A stretch of DNA of 64,000 nucleotides from a virus (lineage: Duplodnaviria > Caudoviricetes). The DNA is taken from IMG/VR virus record IMGVR_UViG_3300044695_006401. One strand, 5' to 3'. Positions 1 to 9,716 of this stretch are shown one piece after another (the stretch's first letter is position 1; each line of letters opens with the position of its first letter). Below the pieces are notes generated by a model. The model was not told the origin of the DNA, did no database searches, and worked only from the letters and a program-made list of their open reading frames with translations. Both the position numbers and the translations under genes were made by a program.

Positions 1-165
1 ACCGATAGAATCATAATTAGGAAAAAAGTAATCAGTATCCACCACAACTGTAGGTGGTATTTGACAACTACCTGATATTAAAAAGCAAGACGTATATCCA
101 GTATTACATAAAAATACATCATATGGACTTGTTCCACTTGTTACACCAGTTATTTGTATTATCAT
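1..165 (-). CDS. Partial small virion protein (runs off the window edge); paralog of the 92-aa ORF at 1711-1989
   Basis: Not in the ORF track. ATG at 165 gives MIIQITGVTSGTSPYDVFLCNTGYTSCFLISG..., open to position 1. Same G-x-x-PY-x-x-x-x-C-x6-C pattern as 1711-1989. Confidence 0.75.
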   Translation of the reverse strand, partial: MIIQITGVTSGTSPYDVFLCNTGYTSCFLISGSCQIPPTVVVDTDYFFPNYDSIG

Positions 166-174
166 CTATTTTTA

Positions 175-1710
175 TTATTGTATCTCATAACTACCGTTCC
201 AAATGAATCTATCAGTACTTGCCCAAGTAAACGGTTGGATTGAATTAACATCGTTAGCGGTTCCACCTGTAGTTTGATATTGTATCGGAGCTTTAGTGTT
301 AAATCCAGCTCTTGCCCCAACCATAGTAGCATTATACCAAGCGGAACCATTATCTAATAACGTGGCTGTCAATAGTATAGCATCCGCATTAGCGGCAGTA
401 AACGGCATCGATACATACCATTCACCTGAACCAAATGTTGTTGAGCTACCCATCACAATATTACCCCTAACAAAACATGTTTTACCGATTACTTTGTAGT
501 ATCCTTCTATAGTTCCATTACCAATTACAGGGTTAGTAACACTTGCTGTCCAAACTGGTGTATATGATGCCCAAGCAGTTTCTATTTGTGAACCCGAAAG
601 ATTAAATGTCGTTGCTGATATTGTAGTTGCCGAAATTGTTGGTGCAGTTATTCGTCCTCCAACTTTTGTATTACCAGATATGTCAACCATTTCTGTTGGG
701 TTAGTAATACCAAATCCAACATATCCTCTTGTAGTACCAGTACCTTGGATATGAATATCAGGTATTGTTCCATTAGCGTCTTGACCTGCATAAAATCTAA
801 TGTAATCCTCTATTGTAGAACCTGATGTTTGACGATTGATAATATTAAGCCCGTTTGCTTCGTTGGAGGCGTATATGAATGTGTCGCCAACTTTACCATA
901 TCCAGGATATGTTACATCGTCCCAAGTTCTAACACCTGCAGATAAACTAAATAATGGTTTGGTTACAGATGGGGCCCCTGCCACATTAATTCTTGGTAAG
1001 AAAGTATCACCTGATATTTGAAATACACCACCTGCTGTATTTTCATAAGTGATTTTAGATTTTGTCCCAAACGCTTCAACTGTATGTTGTGGATTGTTTG
1101 TATTTATACCCAATCTATTATTAACTTGGTCCAAAGTAATACCTGATGTAATACCAAAATAAGTATTACCTGTTACAGTCCCACCTGATAAAGGTAGATA
1201 TAAACCATCAGGACTAATTCCGCTAGTCCCTGAAGAACCCGAGCTTCCACTACTTCCTGAAGTTCCACTTGACCCTGAGCTTCCACTACTTCCTGAAGAA
1301 CCGCTTGTTCCGCTAGATCCTGAAGAGCCGCTACTTCCACTCGATCCATATGTTCCTGAAGACCCTGAAGAACCTGAGATTCCGCTAGTTCCACTTGAGC
1401 CCGAGCTCCCACTACCTGAGGTACCAGAGGTACCGCTACTTCCTGAAGAACCACTCGACCCTGAAGAACCCGAGCTACCGCTACCTGAGGTACCAGAGGT
1501 GCCGCTACTTCCTGAAGAACCCGAGCTACCGCTACTTCCTGAAGATCCGGAAGTACCTGTACCGCCGCTAATACTCGCAGTAATAGAAGAAAAATATATT
1601 GCACTTGTTATTCCTGAAGCATTAGTGCTGTAGTCTACAAGCACCATAATAGATTGTGGTTGCCCTGAACTTACAAATGGTAGTTGAGATATTCTTAAAT
1701 CTTGTGACAT
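175..1710 (-). CDS. Tail fibre / receptor-binding-like protein with Gly-Ser repeat stalk
   Basis: N-terminal ISQLP anchor-like motif, about 115 aa of GSS/GTS repeats, a GINTNNPQHT...GFGITNPTEMVDISG fibre-type repeat, and a C-terminal W-x-x-YTP...G-x-Y-x-x-IGKTCF beta domain typical of phage fibre tips. Confidence 0.7.
   Translation of the reverse strand: MSQDLRISQLPFVSSGQPQSIMVLVDYSTNASGITSAIYFSSITASISGGTGTSGSSGSSGSSGSSGSSGTSGTSGSGSSGSSGSSGSSGSSGTSGTSGSGSSGSSGTSGISGSSGSSGTYGSSGSSGSSGSSGTSGSSGSSGSSGSSGTSGSSGSSGSSGTSGISPDGLYLPLSGGTVTGNTYFGITSGITLDQVNNRLGINTNNPQHTVEAFGTKSKITYENTAGGVFQISGDTFLPRINVAGAPSVTKPLFSLSAGVRTWDDVTYPGYGKVGDTFIYASNEANGLNIINRQTSGSTIEDYIRFYAGQDANGTIPDIHIQGTGTTRGYVGFGITNPTEMVDISGNTKVGGRITAPTISATTISATTFNLSGSQIETAWASYTPVWTASVTNPVIGNGTIEGYYKVIGKTCFVRGNIVMGSSTTFGSGEWYVSMPFTAANADAILLTATLLDNGSAWYNATMVGARAGFNTKAPIQYQTTGGTANDVNSIQPFTWASTDRFIWNGSYEIQ
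1225..1570 (-). repeat. Imperfect 9-nt tandem repeat encoding (GSS/GTS)n, with a 69-nt-period duplication
   Basis: ctacctgaggtaccagaggt(a/g)ccgctacttcctgaagaacc occurs at 1412 and 1481 with 1 mismatch in 41 nt. Confidence 0.9.
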
Positions 1711-1989
1711 CTATAGTATAATTTTAAAACCGTTTTCTTGTAATATGTAATAACCGTTCTCTTGTAATAAATACCCTATTGGGCAACTTATTAATTGGAA
1801 AACTTCAAAATTATTACTGTCAACAAGTTTGACCATTATGGTTTCTGCAGTTTGAAAAAAACTATTAAGGGTAAAGGTTCCTCCTGTTGTACCAATATAT
1901 TGGCAATTATTACCATTTTCATCACATATAAAAAATTGGTATGGTGGATTACCCCCCGTTTCACCCGATATTACCAAACCACTAGCCAT
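1711..1989 (-). CDS. Small virion protein (fibre-associated), hypothetical
   Basis: 92 aa with a C-terminal LLQENGYYILQENG repeat. It ends in TAG directly followed by the in-frame ATG of the fibre gene. Confidence 0.7.
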   Translation of the reverse strand: MASGLVISGETGGNPPYQFFICDENGNNCQYIGTTGGTFTLNSFFQTAETIMVKLVDSNNFEVFQLISCPIGYLLQENGYYILQENGFKIIL

Positions 1990-1991
1990 TA

Positions 1992-4664
1992 TTAACAGAC
2001 ATATTTAGATAATACGACACCTAAATCGTTAACTTGTAACACATTTCGAGTAGTTATCGGACAAGCACTTGAAACATAAATTCTTGCAAATCCATCCGTA
2101 GGTCCAAAATTAGTCCCAACATATTTAGTTGTTAATAATGGATCCGTATATATCACATCACCAACATTAATCGTTGCACCCGTAGAATAGAGACTTCTGT
2201 TACAAATTGTATCCTCACAAACATCTTCATCAGCAATATTGTAAATATCAAGGTTTGTAAACCAAACAATACCTGACGATGTTGGGGTTGGTGTTGGAGT
2301 CGCAGTAGGTGTTGATGTCGGCACATAAGTTGGTGTCGGTGTTGGAGTTGGTGTTGGTGTTGGAGTTGGTGTTGTTAATTGCGAACATTTGATGTCATAT
2401 GTGATTTCTAATTCAATTTTGAAGTAGTTACTACTGATAGAACTACAATCACATGTTATTTCCAATGTATTATTGAGTACACTTATAGTATATGCGTTTA
2501 CCTCGGGTATTATGTCTAAAATAGCTTCGATTGCGTGTTGCCAAGAATAATCATCGGCATATGTAAATGTTTGTCCCGATGTTGACCCATTAATGGTTAC
2601 TAATGCTTCTAACTCTACTTTATTTAATATACAATTGGAGTACCCTGATAAATTTATTAGGTCAAAAAATCCTTCATTTATCATTTTTTGAATAGATCTC
2701 TTGGTTCCTGTAAGTGTGTCAAATTTTTGATTAACGACATTATATCTTGTTCTACCTGTAACTAAATATTGATTACATACTATGTCGAATGTCCAAAATT
2801 CAGTACACCCACTATTATCTGCAACAGTCACCGAATAACTTCCACCCGACAATCCAGTCACAGTACTCCCTGTACTCCCTGAAGGAACATTATCTGACCA
2901 ATCAAATGTAAATGGTGGTGCACCATCAAAAATTGTTACGGTCGCAGCACCGTCATTATTATTAGTACAGTCGGTTTTAGTTAATGTAGATGTTAGATTA
3001 CCACTTAATGGTACGGTTAAATCTAAACTTACCGTACAGTTATCAGCATCAGTCACTTGTAGTGTATAACTTCCAGGTGTTAAGAAATTGAATGTGTATG
3101 AAGAAAAGTTTACATTTTGTAATGTGTTACCATTACTTAAGACATAATCAATCGGTTCTGTGTAACCAGTACTCACATTTACAGAGATAGATCCGCTTTG
3201 TGATCCACATGACGATGGTGTTGTTGTTGCTGTAACCGTAAACTTACTTTCGGATGTAACTTCCAAAGTTTCGGTATAAACACAACTACTTGAGTTTCCT
3301 GATATTGTTAATAGGTATGTATCGGTTTCCAAACCGTCAAATGTCACATTTTGGTCCTGTGTAAACTTAGTAAACACCTGATTCGTATTTTGACCCGAAA
3401 GAATGTAAGAGTAGAAACCATACAACCCAACAATACTTGTCTGTATTAACCCATTATCAAATGAGCAGGTTGAGTTTGTTATAGTATTACTTACATTTCT
3501 GAATCCATTAACTGAGTTAAGTTCTGTTATAAAATCTAATGTACAAAGATTAGCATCTTTTATAATAATTTGGTAATCCCCTGCGGTTAACCCCGTAATT
3601 GATAATTCATTAGATAGTGTAACTCCTATATTACCAGACGATGCCGAGTAATAGTATGGAACACTTCCACCTGTTATTGTAATATCTATAATTCCATTGT
3701 TACTAAAACATGTTGGGTTAGTTCCTGTGACCAAACCAACCCCCAATGGTGATGCTATATCCACAAAAACACTTTTTGTTAACTCACACCCTTGGCTGTC
3801 TGTTACGGTTACTGAATATTCACCTACCGTTAGTCCTGTTATAGTTTGACCTGTATGTCCGTCAGACCATAAATAGGTGTATGGACATACACCAGTTTGT
3901 CCTGTGACAGAAATTTTTCCTTTGTCAGTTGCACACTGTGAAGTATCTACCTTCCATAAACCAAAATCTAACTGTGTACTAGCACTTATGACAACATTTT
4001 CTGTTTTAGCGGTAACATTACTTGAATCAACAAGTAATGCGTAGTAAATACCCTCACCTAATTCAGGAAATATATATGGTACTGAATTTGTTTGTTGTAT
4101 TTGATTTAGAACTTCATCCTTATATAAAAGAATATTATATGGTGGTGTCGTTGATGATGCACTCACAGTTATTAAACCGTTTTCTAAACCGCAGGTAGTA
4201 CCTTCAACAAAAGTTGTAGTTGCACTAAAACAGTTTCCGACACTTACATTTATAAACAATTCCGAATTAACATCACCTAACGAGTCGTTGAGTCTAAAAA
4301 CATAAGTTTCATCAGTAAGCCCCGTAAAAGTTATTGAAGTTGTTCCTGTTTGTGCGGACAATCCATGACCCACAGGAAAAATTGGGTCAATTGTGTATGG
4401 TGGGTAACCTCCGTTAGGGGATATAGTAACCGATCCATTTGCAATTCCACATGTACCAGTTACCGTGAAAAAATAAGATAATTCAGATGTTCCACTACAA
4501 GCCTGTGTACAAGTACTACCAGTATCATACACTATGTTTACGGCACTTCCAGAGTAACTTTGGTCCAAACATACAGTTTCACCTGATGATGCACCGACCC
4601 TTGTCAATCCACAACAGTCAACATAAGTATAAATTCCATTTGTATATCCACTAATACAAGCCAT
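1992..4664 (-). CDS. SprB-repeat adhesin-like virion protein with Pro-Thr linker
   Basis: Multiple C-x-x-x-(N/D)G-x-I-x-V...G-x-x-PY-x-(Y/F)-x-WS...TGL-x-x-G-x-Y-x-V-x-V-x-D-x-x-GC units (SprB-repeat pattern), a TPTPTP linker and a small C-terminal Cys domain. Confidence 0.7.
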   Translation of the reverse strand: MACISGYTNGIYTYVDCCGLTRVGASSGETVCLDQSYSGSAVNIVYDTGSTCTQACSGTSELSYFFTVTGTCGIANGSVTISPNGGYPPYTIDPIFPVGHGLSAQTGTTSITFTGLTDETYVFRLNDSLGDVNSELFINVSVGNCFSATTTFVEGTTCGLENGLITVSASSTTPPYNILLYKDEVLNQIQQTNSVPYIFPELGEGIYYALLVDSSNVTAKTENVVISASTQLDFGLWKVDTSQCATDKGKISVTGQTGVCPYTYLWSDGHTGQTITGLTVGEYSVTVTDSQGCELTKSVFVDIASPLGVGLVTGTNPTCFSNNGIIDITITGGSVPYYYSASSGNIGVTLSNELSITGLTAGDYQIIIKDANLCTLDFITELNSVNGFRNVSNTITNSTCSFDNGLIQTSIVGLYGFYSYILSGQNTNQVFTKFTQDQNVTFDGLETDTYLLTISGNSSSCVYTETLEVTSESKFTVTATTTPSSCGSQSGSISVNVSTGYTEPIDYVLSNGNTLQNVNFSSYTFNFLTPGSYTLQVTDADNCTVSLDLTVPLSGNLTSTLTKTDCTNNNDGAATVTIFDGAPPFTFDWSDNVPSGSTGSTVTGLSGGSYSVTVADNSGCTEFWTFDIVCNQYLVTGRTRYNVVNQKFDTLTGTKRSIQKMINEGFFDLINLSGYSNCILNKVELEALVTINGSTSGQTFTYADDYSWQHAIEAILDIIPEVNAYTISVLNNTLEITCDCSSISSNYFKIELEITYDIKCSQLTTPTPTPTPTPTPTPTYVPTSTPTATPTPTPTSSGIVWFTNLDIYNIADEDVCEDTICNRSLYSTGATINVGDVIYTDPLLTTKYVGTNFGPTDGFARIYVSSACPITTRNVLQVNDLGVVLSKYVC
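2281..2374 (-). repeat. Pro-Thr (PT)n linker repeat
   Basis: ggtgtt/ggagtt hexamer repeats encoding TPTPTPTP. Confidence 0.9.
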
Positions 4665-4676
4665 TTTATTTAATTA

Positions 4677-7600
4677 TTAATTAATACATTCAACTGTCAC
4701 ATCTAAGACAACATTTATGGTTAATGAGCTATTTGTAAATTCATCAAGACATGTTGTATTGAAAATAGTTAGGTTTCCACCTTCAAAACTATAACCTAAA
4801 CCAACAGATTCTAAAGGTTGTAAACTGTTTGTAATGGCTAGTAACACCCCGTCATAATATAATGGGTCACCTGTTTGTTGATTAAGTGCTTCAGGTCCAT
4901 CTCCAATCCAAAACTGTTCAAACAATAAAATTTGTTCATTACCAGTTAGTAAATTTGTTAAGACTACTTCAACATACCAAGTAGATATAACCGTATTATT
5001 ATTACATTGGGATAAGTCAATTCCTTGATTTAAAATCGCATCATTTGTTTCGATACTAAGAATTTCAAAAGGATCAAACATAGTTAATGCTGCTGTCAGT
5101 GTTTGTTCATTACAGTCGTAAGCACCACTTCCTCCTTCATATACAGATTGTACAGGTGGTTCATCTTGAGGGGTAAAAGAACCAGTACCGACAAAAGTAC
5201 ATCCTCTTTGTCTTTTCCATGACACTTTTTGTCTATGAAATATTGAGTTGTCAAATTTTTGACCCGTATTCCATAAAGTAGTGGCGGGTACAAATTGTTC
5301 AACAAGTCTAACCCAATAGTCACCTAAATTCAGAGTATAATCTACCATTTTTTGATATGTAAAATCATTGAATGGGAAATTTGTATTTTGTGTAGTTTCC
5401 AAATACTTCCAAAAAATATATTGTAATGTTGGGTAACCTCCGGTTTTACCGTCAAAAATCCATTGTCTATTTCTAACATTTATCATGTTATTATAGAATG
5501 TTTGTGCAAATTCTAAAAAGGTTTTTTGATTCGGTTTAGGATTAATTACCGTCCAATCAATTCCACCTTGTGTTGCATATGGAGATGTTAACCCTGTATT
5601 CGCAATTGGGTATCCGTATTTAGAAGACATATCCCAAATGTCATATGTTATTCCTTGGCCCATATTAAGGTACAATTCCATGTTTTTAGAATTGATTGCC
5701 AAATCTTCATTTGGTACAGTGTAATATGTTTCCGAATAATTTTGTGTGTTTTTTCTTAAACCAACCTGAGTATCCACCCATGATTTTGTATTGTCAACCG
5801 TTCTTGTTAATCGATATCCTAAGTCCAAAAATGGAAACTTTTCGTAACGATCCAAATATTCTTGCCCATATGTGAATGGTGTAAGTACAGAAGAAAATAC
5901 CGCAATTTGCGGATTAATTTCTGATGTTGAAAAATTAATAACTTCGGGTGATGTGTGTTCGGGAGTCGTTTCAAACCAACCGGCACCTTTTTGAAAAAAA
6001 TAATCTTCGGTTTCAACCGCACTTTCAGGATATCCTGTTTCTAAAGATATCGGGTAGTCTCCAAGTCCGGTGTTAACCGTAGTAATAACTGAATTAGCAA
6101 CAAACCCTGTAAAATTGATGCTTTGTATTGAGTATTGAATACTAGAATTTAAGGATGTAATCTTATCCAACTTGGTTCCACCTGAAATTTGAGCAAATTG
6201 TGTTTCAAAATCAGAAACAGATATTTTTTGATCCGCAAGATAAACATATTCATTAAACTCAATAAGTTGGTCGGGCACACCAACCATCTTCATAATATAC
6301 TCAATTGACTTTCTCGTACCTTTAGTTTTATACAAATAAGCAGAATTAAGTATTAAATTTTTATAATACTGTATGTTTACTTGTTCTGGTGTTTGTATTT
6401 TCGATTGTCCAGGATAGATTACATTATTTGTCGTGTTATATATCGTATCGTTAAGTCCATCAGTTGTGATTGGTGATATATTTGTTTTCCAACCTAGTGT
6501 TTCAACTATATACGACAATAATTGATCGGGTATGTCATTTTTAGTGATATAATTTACCGAATTCATGTTTGCCAAAGCATCTATTAGTGTCTTTGTCTCA
6601 TCAAAACTTCTACCATAAATTTGTAAAACTTTTTCTAACTTTTGGTCTGGTGTGTCAAATTCTTTAAGTGAGTCAGATGTTAAAAATCTACTTAACAGGT
6701 TTGTCTTGAATTGGTCGATTAATTCAGCAATTTCCTGAATCGTTGTTAGGTATGTGTCAAAATTAGTCGTTTCAATGTCAAGATTCCAAGCACCATCTAA
6801 TTTCCATGTTACAGGTTTAGTAAATAAAGTGTAATTACCATTACTATCATAATCAGGATATTGAAATTTAGCGGTGTACTTAGGAAAAGTATTTCTATTA
6901 AGAAGGTATTGCTCAATTTCATCAAAATCGTTTTTAAATACTTGTTCAGTTACTAAATTGTTTGGTTTGATAATAATAGTATCTGTGATTTGAGAACCCG
7001 TAAATGGTTGACCTTTTACTACTATCGGAATTGTACCAGCAGTGAGTGTTGTCGTCGCTACTAAATCAATGATTGGGTATTCATCATTGAAAGTTGTAGT
7101 ATATAATGAATAACTTTCATAGAATTTTTTTAAATCTCTATATTTGCTTACATTGTATGGTAGAACTTGTATGTTCTGTGCGGCATTAACGCTATAATCA
7201 ATTGCGAATGGATTTTTGAAAAATTGAACATCCACATCAAAAGATGTTTCATCACCTATAGGATCATATATAATATTGAACGCAGTATAACCTGTGTTTA
7301 AACTGTAATTCTGAAAATCTATTTGGATTCCGGCCGGAAAAAAGTTAATTATCTTGGTTATAGATGAAGAAAGTCTTTTCTGTAATGAACCATAAAGAGT
7401 ATAGTTAGTGACTTGAGCTAAATCAAAATTTGGATATACCTTAAAATTTTTGCGAACTATTTCTTTTGCTTGTTCGACTGATTCAATATTTAGGTTTTCA
7501 AGAGTGTATGGGTCAGAAAAAAGACCAGTATCAAATGTCCTGTCAATTTTTTCATATATTGCAGTGGTAAACTGAAAATTTCCTTGCGTTAAACCACCAC

Positions 7601-7691
7601 CCGAGACTAATTGTAAACCAACTAATTCATTGGAAAAGGTACCTGATCCGTTTGCAGGTGGTGCTGGACATTTATATTTTGTAACTGCCAT
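4677..7691 (-). CDS. Baseplate wedge-like protein (P2 gpI / T4 gp7-like core with large extensions)
   Basis: DQLLSYIVETLGWK ... YLYKTKGTRKSIEYIMKMVG resembles the gpI/gp7 signature (Y-x-x-KGT-x-x-x-I). It lies in the baseplate cluster. Confidence 0.5.
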   Translation of the reverse strand: MAVTKYKCPAPPANGSGTFSNELVGLQLVSGGGLTQGNFQFTTAIYEKIDRTFDTGLFSDPYTLENLNIESVEQAKEIVRKNFKVYPNFDLAQVTNYTLYGSLQKRLSSSITKIINFFPAGIQIDFQNYSLNTGYTAFNIIYDPIGDETSFDVDVQFFKNPFAIDYSVNAAQNIQVLPYNVSKYRDLKKFYESYSLYTTTFNDEYPIIDLVATTTLTAGTIPIVVKGQPFTGSQITDTIIIKPNNLVTEQVFKNDFDEIEQYLLNRNTFPKYTAKFQYPDYDSNGNYTLFTKPVTWKLDGAWNLDIETTNFDTYLTTIQEIAELIDQFKTNLLSRFLTSDSLKEFDTPDQKLEKVLQIYGRSFDETKTLIDALANMNSVNYITKNDIPDQLLSYIVETLGWKTNISPITTDGLNDTIYNTTNNVIYPGQSKIQTPEQVNIQYYKNLILNSAYLYKTKGTRKSIEYIMKMVGVPDQLIEFNEYVYLADQKISVSDFETQFAQISGGTKLDKITSLNSSIQYSIQSINFTGFVANSVITTVNTGLGDYPISLETGYPESAVETEDYFFQKGAGWFETTPEHTSPEVINFSTSEINPQIAVFSSVLTPFTYGQEYLDRYEKFPFLDLGYRLTRTVDNTKSWVDTQVGLRKNTQNYSETYYTVPNEDLAINSKNMELYLNMGQGITYDIWDMSSKYGYPIANTGLTSPYATQGGIDWTVINPKPNQKTFLEFAQTFYNNMINVRNRQWIFDGKTGGYPTLQYIFWKYLETTQNTNFPFNDFTYQKMVDYTLNLGDYWVRLVEQFVPATTLWNTGQKFDNSIFHRQKVSWKRQRGCTFVGTGSFTPQDEPPVQSVYEGGSGAYDCNEQTLTAALTMFDPFEILSIETNDAILNQGIDLSQCNNNTVISTWYVEVVLTNLLTGNEQILLFEQFWIGDGPEALNQQTGDPLYYDGVLLAITNSLQPLESVGLGYSFEGGNLTIFNTTCLDEFTNSSLTINVVLDVTVECIN

Positions 7692-8599
7692 TAACTAATA
7701 ATATTTGTAAAGTTTTTACTAAAGTCGATATTAGTTCCCCTATCTTGTCTAACCTCATAAAGAAGTTCATTAAAGTTATCTCTAACCTCAAATAGGTTGT
7801 ATTGTTTATAAATGTTACCAACACTATCATAAAGAGTGTAGATACCATCTTCAATAGATTTAGTTTGATTACCGTATAACGCAATTGCCAATGTATCAAT
7901 ATCATAATTAGATATTTGCACATCCAAACTAAGTGGATTGAAAAAAGTATTCGTAACAATAATATTTTGATTTGGTTGACCAATAAATGGTGTAGCATTC
8001 GGTTTGTTAGTTGGTGATGAACTAGGTGAAAGTGTACAAAATAATAAATCACTCGCACCCTCAACATAACGATATCTTATAGACTTTTGAGTAGTGTTTG
8101 TCTGGTCTGAAACAACCGGCTCACAATAAAAAGAAGATGTTACTATTCTATAAAAATTAGGTATTTTTGTTCCGTCATTGTTTAAATATTCAATTCTGAA
8201 TCCAACTAAACCTTGGTTCACAAATTTGTTTCTAAATTGTTGTGGGACCTGATTGATGTCTATAATAATACCTTTAACATTAGGGAGTGCCGATAACACA
8301 CCACAATCTGTTATTCTTGTTCTAATTTCGGCGGGTCTAATGTAAAGTGTGTAAATACCAACAGCATTAAACTCAGTGGCAGGTAATCTAAGATTATATA
8401 ACCCTCCCAATATTTCAATATTATTGTTTCCACCAGTCTGATTGTTGTGGTAATATGGTGTTAAAATTGTTGTTGCATCTAATTTTTTCAATACAAAGTT
8501 AGATGTTACATCACGCGACGGCGTGTAATGTAATAATATTTCAACATCAGATGGTGATACATCTGCGGGTCTGATAGTACCGTATGCTCCTAATGCCAT
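7691..8599 (-). CDS. Hypothetical virion structural protein
   Basis: 302 aa in the structural operon with a TATTTAT motif upstream. No family recognised. Confidence 0.6.
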   Translation of the reverse strand: MALGAYGTIRPADVSPSDVEILLHYTPSRDVTSNFVLKKLDATTILTPYYHNNQTGGNNNIEILGGLYNLRLPATEFNAVGIYTLYIRPAEIRTRITDCGVLSALPNVKGIIIDINQVPQQFRNKFVNQGLVGFRIEYLNNDGTKIPNFYRIVTSSFYCEPVVSDQTNTTQKSIRYRYVEGASDLLFCTLSPSSSPTNKPNATPFIGQPNQNIIVTNTFFNPLSLDVQISNYDIDTLAIALYGNQTKSIEDGIYTLYDSVGNIYKQYNLFEVRDNFNELLYEVRQDRGTNIDFSKNFTNIIS

Positions 8600-8633
8600 T
8601 AGTTTTTATTTATAAATAGTTTATGACGCTTTT

Positions 8634-9716
8634 TTAATCGTTGTTAATTTTGTAATACCCATAACCATAACTTATTAAATCACCAAGATTATCAACCTCG
8701 TTAAGTCGTTGTAATGGTTCGAATGGACTATACCTTCCTCTCTCTACCGCAATATCCGTTTGTACTTCAGGATCCATCACAAAATCAAGAAGGTATTCAT
8801 TTTTAGTCAAAGCCGAAACTGTAATATCATTAGCGGTTAATCCTGACGATTCAAAAACAAAATAAGTTAAACCATTCGGTAGGTTGAAATAATTAACACT
8901 GTTGATTGTGTAAGCGGTATATTCATTTGTTATTTCTGACACATAACCAATACCCCCGTTTGATAGTTGTGTAATATACCCAACTGTAAATGGTTGTGGT
9001 CCCCATCTTCTTAGTAACTCTAACTGTGAATTTGTGTATCCCGAAACTTGGAATGGTACTGTGGTGTATGCACTTGAAATCTGTTGGTTTATGTTATTAT
9101 TAGAGTCACCAGTAAAAATAAAATCTAAACTCAACTGAACCCCTGCCCAACTTCCTCCTTGTGCAGCAAAAGTAATATTACCCAATTGATTTGTAATGGT
9201 AACACCCGTGAAGGGAACTGTAACTGGTTGTTGGACCGTTGTTAATCCAAACATATTTGTTTGTGAAAGTGTTATTGTATAACTTTGTGGTACACTTGGG
9301 TAAACATGTGATTGTGTGGTATTATTGATTGAAATTGTGGATCCACTTGATCCATCACCCCAAGCAACATTGTATGAAGAATCTTGAAGATAGTTTTGAA
9401 AATTATATCCAGCACTATTAAATACATGAACTTGATATGGATTTATAGGGTCACCTGAAATTACAAAATTAGTAACCACATCTTTTTGATCTATGAATCC
9501 CTCAAACGGAGAATAATATCCAATATCATTAAAGTTTTGTGTTAAAAGAATTGGTATGGTCAATCCTGTTAGAAGTGACGATCCATTTGTACCCCCACTA
9601 AGAACATAACTTAAACCAGAGTATACATCAAAAGTCTGAGTTTGATAAACCTCAGCAAACAAATCGTCTCTGAGTACTTCGGGTGAAATAACAATATTTA
9701 TTTTTTCAGGATTCAT
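8634..9716 (-). CDS. Virion protein with PKD-like domain
   Basis: YNVAWGDGS...QSHVYP...YTITLSQTN is a PKD-type WGDG motif. Confidence 0.6.
   Translation of the reverse strand: MNPEKINIVISPEVLRDDLFAEVYQTQTFDVYSGLSYVLSGGTNGSSLLTGLTIPILLTQNFNDIGYYSPFEGFIDQKDVVTNFVISGDPINPYQVHVFNSAGYNFQNYLQDSSYNVAWGDGSSGSTISINNTTQSHVYPSVPQSYTITLSQTNMFGLTTVQQPVTVPFTGVTITNQLGNITFAAQGGSWAGVQLSLDFIFTGDSNNNINQQISSAYTTVPFQVSGYTNSQLELLRRWGPQPFTVGYITQLSNGGIGYVSEITNEYTAYTINSVNYFNLPNGLTYFVFESSGLTANDITVSALTKNEYLLDFVMDPEVQTDIAVERGRYSPFEPLQRLNEVDNLGDLISYGYGYYKINND

Noticed and set aside
175-600. Diversity-generating retroelement targeting the fibre tip
   Set aside because: I saw no reverse transcriptase and no template-repeat copy differing at adenines in this window. 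A remote TR cannot be excluded.
1225-2374. Repeat arrays that could be mistaken for CRISPR
   Set aside because: They are in-frame 9-nt and 6-nt coding repeats with no unique spacers and no cas genes.
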